NCBI GenBank assembly: GCA_030605095.1
Contig: JAUWBJ010000001.1
Span: forward strand, 10,942-74,941
Length of the DNA stretch: 64,000 nt
DNA from: Candidatus Omnitrophota bacterium
GTDB taxonomy: Bacteria > Omnitrophota > Gorgyraeia > JABMRN01 > RBG-13-46-9
Direction of reading: 5' to 3'
The stretch's first letter is position 1. Every line of letters begins with the position of its first letter. Below, in pieces: positions 58,601 to 64,000 of this stretch. The notes under the pieces are model-generated. The model ran no database searches and had not been told where the DNA came from. It saw nothing but the letters and a program-made list of their open reading frames with translations. Position numbers and translations under genes: made by a program.

Positions 58601-59987
58601 GATAAGGTATAGAAAGCTCGCAATTCGGGATAGGGAGGAACTTCCCTTTACAAGAGCAGAACTTGTCTGGAAAAATGGAAAGCCGCTTTACATATCAAGT
58701 GAGAATGAATTATATTCGTTAAAGGATCCGCGAATAAAAATAATTATCCCCTCAATGGGTAGAGCTGCGACAGAACTTATATCTGCGGCATTTAGGGGGC
58801 TTGGATTTAATGCGGAGGCTGTGCCCCTTCCCGATTTTAAGACCTTGATGATCGGGCGTAGCAACACATCATGTAAGGAATGCCTTCCCTTGATACTGAC
58901 GGTAGCCTCGGTTTTGGATTATATCAAAAAAAGAAAGAATAAAGATGAATTGTTGTTGTACCTTATGCCAACTGTTAGCGGGAACTGCAGGTTCTCGCAA
59001 TATTATGTGTTTATTAAAAGGTTACTTGAGAAAAAGAGAATAAAAAACGTTGCCCTTCTCACCTTTACCAGTGAAAATGGTTATGCTGGCCTGGGTCCTT
59101 TGAGGGCAATTACGTTGTTGAAAGCAGGTATAACCGCGGATATCATGGATGATATTAAGAATGCGCTGCTTGTTCTGGCGATGGACAAGCAAAAGGCAGA
59201 TCGCGTATTCAATGCAGGGTGGGATAGGCTTATAGCCTGTTTTGAAAATGGATGTAAAGGATTTTATAAGACTTTAAAGGAGATTTCATCTGATCTGGCA
59301 AAGATCAAGCTTAGATACGAGATAAGCAAAGCCAAAAAGGTCCTTTTGGCAGGCGAAATTTATGTCAGGAAGGATGAGTTTTCATCTCAGGGTATTATTA
59401 CCGCCCTTAAAAAGAGAGACATTATAGTGAAGAGGTCTCCGGTGATGGAATGGATATATTATGTTGACCATATTGTTAAAAACCAAATCAAACCCAAATT
59501 TACGCTTGCTAAGAAAACAGAGTTCTTTTTGAGGCAGGTTATAAAGACCGGACTCGAGAAAAAGATAAAGCATATTCTTTCATATTCCGGGCTCTATGAA
59601 TATGAAACTATTGACATTGATGAAATTATGAGGATAGGAAGCGCCTTTATCGATCCAGCCCTTACCGGTGAAGCAATCCTTGTAGTAGGCGCATTCTTTA
59701 AGGAGATTTTAAAGACTGTTCATGGCGTTATTTCAATCGGTCCCTTTTCATGTCTTCCTACAAGGGTAATAGAATCGATATTGTCTCAAGAATCAAGAGT
59801 GGCAGGAAATAGCCGCCTCGATTTTTTGGAAAACCTTAATGAACTACAAAGGTTCGATACCTTACCTTTTTTCTCTCTCGAATGCGACGGCAATCCCTTT
59901 CCTCAGATAATAGAATCGAGGATTGAAGCCTTCTCCCTTCAGGTCGAACGGCTTTATGATACCCTCAATTCTGATAGAATAAAATAA
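55674..59987 (+). CDS. Acyl-CoA dehydratase activase multidomain protein (2x BadF/BcrA ATPase + DUF2229-type region)
   Basis: KCASGTG.F, RCSVFCKSD, GLDAGSTTTK, EIGGQDAK, MNEACSAGTGSF, FCFP, NFSCGPD, GPFSCLP. Confidence 0.88.
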   Translation: MEKSLGICIGASTIRIVELLWNNGEFSIGKTSVMSHQCNPKNIFLEEIKKFDFQSYDYACITGRRFKDAISLPKITEPKATEYALKHYLRGKGERFNALISLGSENFILYELDEGGNIITVQTGNKCASGTGEFFLQQIRRMNVDLNKTIRLAKHSEPYYVSGRCSVFCKSDCTHALNKGIPVGRVCAGLGNMIVEKILELLRSTKNEDILLAGGVTKNSFVIERLNKKIKNLVILEHADIFEALGAAIFAYEKKKKPYTMMLKEEKTSFTTLPPLEESRKLVRFENHEMGIVTEGDEYILGLDAGSTTTKAILLRTKDDKIVASVYLRTSGDPVKASRQCYAEINTKLRGTKIDIIGLGVTGSGRKIAGLCALTDGIINEIIAHATAAAFFDKEVDTIIEIGGQDAKYTYLVNGVPCDYAMNEACSAGTGSFLEEAAKESLDINYLDIQDIALKAKNPANFNDQCAAFISSDIKNASHESISKEDIVAGLVYSICMNYNNRVKGLRKVGKKIFMQGGVCYNNAVPLAMAGILRKEITVPPEPGLMGAFGVALEIKKRIAMGLMKKSRFCLKELAGRGVEYGKSFTCPGELENCDRGCTINIISLNGKNYPFGGICNKYYNIMHHLFIDPKPFDIVDRRQKLVFDCGKEKGSANPIRNHRFSNGARISNGAKRVGISRSFLANLLYPLYYHFFSELGLGVVLSEAVDREGVKRTCSSFCFPAEISYGMFMDLVKKKPDYIFLPQISELYVERSQSYEPEHQSSCLILQSEPYYLRSTFRDIDIPIISPVLNFSRGWESTQERFVEIGKELGYDKDKSTGAFRYGLAKQNEFFKKKKELGDKVLKEIENDKSKIGIVLFGRPYNAFADEANLGIPRKFASRGVYIIPFDCLPYEHEVSIENMNWALGQEIIKAAHFVKKHQQLFGTFVTNFSCGPDSFIVGYFRDIMNTKPSLTLELDSHSADAGINTRIEAFLDIVIRYRKLAIRDREELPFTRAELVWKNGKPLYISSENELYSLKDPRIKIIIPSMGRAATELISAAFRGLGFNAEAVPLPDFKTLMIGRSNTSCKECLPLILTVASVLDYIKKRKNKDELLLYLMPTVSGNCRFSQYYVFIKRLLEKKRIKNVALLTFTSENGYAGLGPLRAITLLKAGITADIMDDIKNALLVLAMDKQKADRVFNAGWDRLIACFENGCKGFYKTLKEISSDLAKIKLRYEISKAKKVLLAGEIYVRKDEFSSQGIITALKKRDIIVKRSPVMEWIYYVDHIVKNQIKPKFTLAKKTEFFLRQVIKTGLEKKIKHILSYSGLYEYETIDIDEIMRIGSAFIDPALTGEAILVVGAFFKEILKTVHGVISIGPFSCLPTRVIESILSQESRVAGNSRLDFLENLNELQRFDTLPFFSLECDGNPFPQIIESRIEAFSLQVERLYDTLNSDRIK
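57635..57684. mobile_element. 50-bp MITE-like insertion in frame inside CDS
   Basis: CCCCATTAGAAA...TTTCTAATGGGG...TTTCTAACGGGG flanked by CAAA at 57631-57634 and 57685-57688; 54 bp equals 18 codons. Confidence 0.7.
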
Positions 59988-60072
59988 GCCTTCGGTTTTT
60001 GTAATCGAGCTGAAAATAGAGAAATAAAATGACAACTTTAGGAAAATCAAGAGGTTGTGACAATACTTAGAT

Positions 60073-60142
60073 TTGCATTTGAAGCAATTAAATGGTATAA
60101 TTGTATCAGATATTGAAGCGATTAAGATACCTAATCGCTTCA
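60073..60142 (+). promoter_or_regulatory. fic promoter with probable autoregulatory operator
   Basis: TTGCAT(60073)-N17-TATAAT(60096); TGAAGCGATTA-N7-TAATCGCTTCA (60114-60142); third half-site TGAAGCAATTA between -35 and -10. Confidence 0.7.
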
Positions 60143-60156
60143 GGAGAATAGGGTAG

Positions 60157-61287
60157 ATGAAGTATATTTGGGGACGTAAAAACTGGTTTGATTTCAAATA
60201 TGACGATACGGTTTTACTTAAGCCATTAAGCGAGCTTAGAGTCTTGCAGGGGAAGCTATTGGGCCGTATCGCGTCCCTTGACATTAAGCTTGAAACTGAG
60301 GCTCAGGGAGCTATTTTGGTTGAAGAAGCCATCCGGACTGCGGAAATCGAAGGGCAAAAACTAAACCACGAAGCGGTTCGATCATCCGTAGCCGTGAGGC
60401 TTGGACTACCGCACGGTATCGGCCCGCATGACAGGCATGTTGATGGACTTGTGGATGTTCTCTTGGATGCGGTCCGTTTTCATGATAAACCCTTAACACT
60501 GGAACGGCTTAATGGCTGGCATGCGGCATTGTTCCCTTCAGGATATTCGGGCTTGCGAAAAATAAAAACAGGTAAAGTTCGAGGCAGCGAGCCTATGCAG
60601 ATTGTATCTGGACCCGTTGGTAAGGAAAAGGTGCATTTTGAGGCATTGCCGAAGGATCGCCTTGGTGAGGAGATGCGCCTTTTCCTGAAGTGGTGGAATT
60701 CGTCACAGGGGAGTATGGACGGTATCTTGCGAGCGGCCACGGCGCATTTACGTTTTTTGACAATTCACCCTTACGAAGACGGCAATGGACGTTTGGCTAG
60801 AGCCTTAACGGACATGGCTTTGGCTCAGGAGGAAAAACTAAAGGTGAGGTTTTATAGTGTCTCTTCCGAAATTATGCGCTCAAGGAGTAAATATTATAAA
60901 ATCCTTGAGGATGTGCAACAATGTCGTCTTGATGTGACAGAATGGTTTTTGTGGTTTGTCAAATGCGTTGCGGCATCTATTGAAAATTCACGCGATATTA
61001 TTGCGGGCGTATTCATGAAGGTTGATTTCTGGAATCAGCATGCCCAAGATGAGCTTAACGAGCGACAGAAAAAAGTTATTAATCGTATGTTAGAGACCGG
61101 GCCGGGTAATTTTGCCGGTGGACTAGCAACGCGCAAATATGTAAGTATTGCTAAGACGAGCCGTGCTACGGCATTCCGCGAGATTTCAGATATGCTTGAT
61201 AAAAAAATCCTGCGCCAATTGCCTGGCAAAGGCCGTAGCGTTCATTATGATCTAATCTGGCCGAGAACAGACAAACAAGAATCATGA
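60157..61287 (+). CDS. Fic-family protein (DUF4172 + Fic + wHTH)
   Basis: YIW....W..F, IEG..L...VRSS, HPYEDGNGRLAR, SRATA.R, G.GRS..Y. Confidence 0.92.
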   Translation: MKYIWGRKNWFDFKYDDTVLLKPLSELRVLQGKLLGRIASLDIKLETEAQGAILVEEAIRTAEIEGQKLNHEAVRSSVAVRLGLPHGIGPHDRHVDGLVDVLLDAVRFHDKPLTLERLNGWHAALFPSGYSGLRKIKTGKVRGSEPMQIVSGPVGKEKVHFEALPKDRLGEEMRLFLKWWNSSQGSMDGILRAATAHLRFLTIHPYEDGNGRLARALTDMALAQEEKLKVRFYSVSSEIMRSRSKYYKILEDVQQCRLDVTEWFLWFVKCVAASIENSRDIIAGVFMKVDFWNQHAQDELNERQKKVINRMLETGPGNFAGGLATRKYVSIAKTSRATAFREISDMLDKKILRQLPGKGRSVHYDLIWPRTDKQES

Positions 61288-61332
61288 AGGGTTAAGGAGC
61301 TCATAGAATTGTTTAAATTTTAATGCAAACTT

Positions 61333-62526
61333 ATGCCAAAGAAGATTTTCATCCGCAGTTTTGGATGCCAGATGAATGTAAAAGATAGTGAGTTTATGGT
61401 GGGGCTCTTTTTGGAGAAGGGTTGTAAGCTTACTGATTCTCCGGAAGATGCCGATATCATTCTATTTAATACCTGCTCGGTGAGAGAACATGCCGAAGAA
61501 CGCGCTATAAGTAACATGGGGCATTTGATGAAACAATATAAGAACAAAGTATACGGCATGGTAGGATGTATGGCACAAGCATTGAAAGATAAACTTTTTG
61601 AAAGGTTGCCGGCGCTTGATCTTGTTTGCGGAACAGGAGAAATTGCAAGATTGCCGGAACTAGTCAAAGAGGCTGCAAAGAATAAAGTTTTAGCCCTTGA
61701 CAACTTAAATGCGCCTTTGCCCGAATTAAAGCCCTCTTACAGGCAAAGCAATAAACACGCCTATGTGTCCATAATGAGGGGATGTAATAATTTTTGTAGC
61801 TATTGTATTGTTCCATACGTGAGGGGAAAGGAGCGTTCGAGAAAAGTTGAAGATATCGTTAATGAGATAAAGGATTTGGCAGAGAGGGGTATTAAAGATA
61901 TTACGCTTTTGGGGCAGAATGTGAACTCATATATAGGAAGAGCGTATAACGTAGAGCGTATAGCGGATAGTAATAAGAAAAAAATGTGCAATTTTGTTCA
62001 ATTATTAAAATATATAAATAACATTGATGGCATTGAGAAGATTAGTTTTATGACCAGTCACCCTAAAGATGCAAATGTAGAATTGTTCAAAGCAATGAAA
62101 GAATCAGACAAGGTAGTTAAGCACCTTCATCTGCCTTTGCAATCCGGCTCTGATAGAATTCTAAAACTAATGAACAGGGGTTATACGAGAAGGAAGTATT
62201 TAAATCTTGTTAGAAAAGCAAGGAATATTATGCCTGGGCTTCGCCTAACGACAGATGTTATCGTCGGCTTTCCCACCGAGACAGAGAAAGATTTTAATGA
62301 TACCTTAAATTTGATGAAAGAGATAAAATTTGACCTGGCGTATATATTCAAATATTCGCCTCGTCCCGGAACAGGGGCAGCTCGCCTAAAAGACAGTATA
62401 CCGGAAGATACCAAAAAGAAGAGACACAAGATTCTGTTAGATTTGCAGAGAGAAATACACAGATTCATACAGATAAAAGAACAGATTCACACAGATAAAT
62501 TATGCGAAGAACTATCATCTTTTTAA
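61333..62526 (+). CDS. miaB: tRNA methylthiotransferase MiaB, apparently lacking TRAM
   Basis: FGCQMN..DSE, NTCSVRE.AE, GCMAQ, GCNNFCSYCIVP..RG.ERSR, LLGQNVN, FKYSPRPGT; miaA nearby. Confidence 0.92.
   Translation: MPKKIFIRSFGCQMNVKDSEFMVGLFLEKGCKLTDSPEDADIILFNTCSVREHAEERAISNMGHLMKQYKNKVYGMVGCMAQALKDKLFERLPALDLVCGTGEIARLPELVKEAAKNKVLALDNLNAPLPELKPSYRQSNKHAYVSIMRGCNNFCSYCIVPYVRGKERSRKVEDIVNEIKDLAERGIKDITLLGQNVNSYIGRAYNVERIADSNKKKMCNFVQLLKYINNIDGIEKISFMTSHPKDANVELFKAMKESDKVVKHLHLPLQSGSDRILKLMNRGYTRRKYLNLVRKARNIMPGLRLTTDVIVGFPTETEKDFNDTLNLMKEIKFDLAYIFKYSPRPGTGAARLKDSIPEDTKKKRHKILLDLQREIHRFIQIKEQIHTDKLCEELSSF
61941..61970 (+). repeat. Heptamer tandem repeat inside miaB
   Basis: AGCGTAT AACGTAG AGCGTAT AGCGGAT AG. 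Confidence 0.6.
62459..62499 (+). repeat. ACAGAT-based 22-bp-period repeat at the miaB 3' end
   Basis: ACAGATTCATACAGATAAA (62459) and ACAGATTCACACAGATAAA (62481). Confidence 0.65.
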
Positions 62527-63287
62527 TAATAGCTTTTATTTTATTTAGCCCTACACTGGTGCTGGCCCGGCAAATTTCTAAAATAGATTTTATCGAGGAT
62601 ATAAATATTTTATTTCTTAAGGAAGATTATACCGGTTTAATCAAAAATGCAGAAAAAAACTTCAATTTTTATCGGTTTAATAGAAAGGAAAAGAAAGAGG
62701 TTTTATATTTAATGGGATTATCTTACGTTAAGTTAGATAATTTTAGCGAAGCGCGAAAAATGTTTCATAAAATTTTAGCGATGAAAGGTGGTAAACTTAG
62801 ACAAGACGCTTATATAGGCATAGCCGATTCATATTTTCACGAAAAAAGTTTTAGCAAAGCAATCAGCGTGTATGAAGACGTGTTGAGAATATACCCGAGG
62901 AGCGATAGACTAAGCACTATATATTATAATCTCGGAGCCATCTTTAAAGCAAGAAAGGACTTGTATAAAGCAAACTATTATTTTGGGAAGATTAAAAAAC
63001 TATATAAGAGGAGCTTCGAAGCCGACAAGTCCGCGTATTTACCAACCAAGAGAAGGCCGGATTATTACATTGTTCAGCTGGGAGCATTTAAAAGCCTAAG
63101 AAATGCAAAGAAATTAGTTAGAAGGTTAAGGAGAAAAAAATATGATTCCTATATCCAGAAGGCCAAAAAGGATGGGAATGTTTTATATAAAGTAAGAGGG
63201 GGTAAATTCTCGAACAAATATTACGCTACGCGACTCTTAAGGAGGCTTAAGAAGAGCGGCTTTTCGGCGAAGATTATTGTGGAATAA
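62502..63287 (+). CDS. Exported TPR + SPOR domain protein
   Basis: Signal peptide, TPR helices, YIVQLGAF....NA, YKVR.G.F. Confidence 0.85.
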   Translation: MRRTIIFLIIAFILFSPTLVLARQISKIDFIEDINILFLKEDYTGLIKNAEKNFNFYRFNRKEKKEVLYLMGLSYVKLDNFSEARKMFHKILAMKGGKLRQDAYIGIADSYFHEKSFSKAISVYEDVLRIYPRSDRLSTIYYNLGAIFKARKDLYKANYYFGKIKKLYKRSFEADKSAYLPTKRRPDYYIVQLGAFKSLRNAKKLVRRLRRKKYDSYIQKAKKDGNVLYKVRGGKFSNKYYATRLLRRLKKSGFSAKIIVE

Positions 63288-63422
63288 ATTGAGAAATAGA
63301 TTGACAACTCCCCACGCATCAATGCGGGGGATTCCCCATCCTCACGGATTGGGTTTCCTGTTTCGCAGTCGGAACCAACGCTCCAACTCCACAGGCTTAA
63401 CATCCCATCTGTCCGACGGTAC
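63281..63422 (-). ncRNA. Putative TnpB omega/reRNA scaffold plus flank-derived guide
   Basis: ACCGTCGG...GCCTGTGGAG...GAAACAGGAA...GGAATCCCC...GTCAA resembles tnpB 3'-end scaffolds; minus-strand promoter TTGACA(63457-63452)-N17-TAGATT(63434-63429). Confidence 0.65.
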
Positions 63423-64000
63423 ACGAAAAATCTATCACAAACAGAGGCAAATGTCAAGAGAAAAACTTATATCCCCATTGCTAAAGCAAGAGGCTTTACG
63501 GCGTTCTTCGGTAATAGTTATAATAGGCCCTACCGCAGTTGGGAAAACGCCCCTCGCTATAAAACTGGCAAAGAAAGTCAATGGAGAGATAATTTCGGCG
63601 GACTCCATGCAGGCCTACAAAGGCATGGATATAATAAACCAGAGACCCACTGGGCTTCAACAAAAGTGCGTAAAACACCATTTCATAAGTTTCTTAAGTC
63701 CGTCGGATGAATATAACGCTAGCGCCTTTTCCAAAATGGCTAAAAAAACAATCCAGGATATAATTAGAAGGAAAAAAGTTCCCATTGTCGCGGGCGGTAG
63801 CGGCCTTTATGTAAAAGCGCTTGTGGACGGAATTTTTCCGTCGAAAGGAAAGAACGAAGATATAAGAAAAAGATTCGAGAAACTTGCCGATGAGAAGGGT
63901 GTTCTATTTTTATACAATAGGCTTAAAGATATAGATCCCGCTTCGGCTCAAAACATACACCCGAATGACTTAAGAAGGATTATAAGAGCACTCGAGATAT
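63289..64000 (+). CDS. miaA: tRNA dimethylallyltransferase MiaA (3'-truncated by window; 70-codon in-frame insertion after codon 4)
   Basis: Manual translation gives VIVIIGPTAVGKT, EIISADSMQAYKGMDI, GGSGLY, IHPNDLRRIIRALE; frame open from TTG 63289; alternative ATG at 63451. Confidence 0.9.
   Translation, partial: MRNRLTTPHASMRGIPHPHGLGFLFRSRNQRSNSTGLTSHLSDGTRKIYHKQRQMSREKLISPLLKQEALRRSSVIVIIGPTAVGKTPLAIKLAKKVNGEIISADSMQAYKGMDIINQRPTGLQQKCVKHHFISFLSPSDEYNASAFSKMAKKTIQDIIRRKKVPIVAGGSGLYVKALVDGIFPSKGKNEDIRKRFEKLADEKGVLFLYNRLKDIDPASAQNIHPNDLRRIIRALEI
63301..63510 (-). mobile_element. Non-autonomous IS200/IS605-family element (no tnpA/tnpB)
   Basis: Minus strand reads TTAC|CGAAGAACGCCGTAAAGCCTCTTGCTTTAGCAATGGGGATATAAG (left-end hairpin) ... 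GGAATCCCCCGCATTGATGCGTGGGGAGTTGTCAA| (right-end hairpin ending TCAA); removal restores the miaA N-terminus. Confidence 0.85.

Larger units (their letters stand above)
42998..61374 (+). mobile_element. Accessory island / cassette array at the miaB 5' end
   Basis: Bounded by the miaB stub and the intact miaB start; punctuated by miaB-5' copies at gene junctions; efflux, arsenic, ATPase, Fe-S, activase and Fic cargo. Confidence 0.75.

Noticed and set aside
59988-60010. TTCGG...TAATCG after the activase gene as another junction copy
   Set aside because: Too degenerate to support.
42998-61332. Classical integron or prophage
   Set aside because: I see no IntI, no attC-type palindromes and no phage genes; only the cassette-like layout is analogous.
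63221-63457. 78-aa minus-strand ORF as a tnpB fragment gene
   Set aside because: Its TTG start lies in the predicted -35 box and it has no RuvC or Zn-finger motifs; better explained as RNA scaffold.
638-63681. Numerous minus-strand and short alternate-frame ORFs in the ORF track
   Set aside because: They overlap well-supported + strand genes and show no recognisable motifs; treated as shadow ORFs.
1-64000. tRNA or rRNA genes
   Set aside because: No cloverleaf or rRNA-like segment recognised by eye; intergenic spaces are short.

Overview
Bacterial window from a probably anaerobic organism; gene content and repeat style suggest Ca. Omnitrophota, which is my inference only. All credible genes lie on the + strand. 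In order: (1) a Rex-headed operon for a membrane-bound group 4 [NiFe]-hydrogenase/Mrp complex, preceded by a sulfhydrogenase beta/gamma-like NAD(P)H module and followed by a reduced hyp set (HypA without Zn finger, HypF C-terminal half only, no hypB); (2) a Fur-DUF5320-NifX-COG1149 cluster and a NikR unit; (3) an LKR-like/ATP-grasp/nadE/purF-like/hexokinase operon, thi4, a BirA-boxed biotin operon and nifUS-mnmA-nadA; (4) an ~18 kb accessory region (42998-61332); (5) miaB, a TPR-SPOR gene and partial miaA. Main finding: the accessory region is cut at gene boundaries into cargo blocks by six degenerate copies of the first ~11-13 codons of miaB. Two copies are preceded by an identical 18-bp foreign miaB continuation (QMNEWD). 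This resembles an integron-like cassette array accreting at the miaB 5' end, with no recombinase in view. Also notable: a 210-bp protein-free IS200/IS605 element with promoter and TnpB omega-RNA-like scaffold inserted in frame in miaA, and several MITE/REP insertions that supply start codons or in-frame linkers to host genes.
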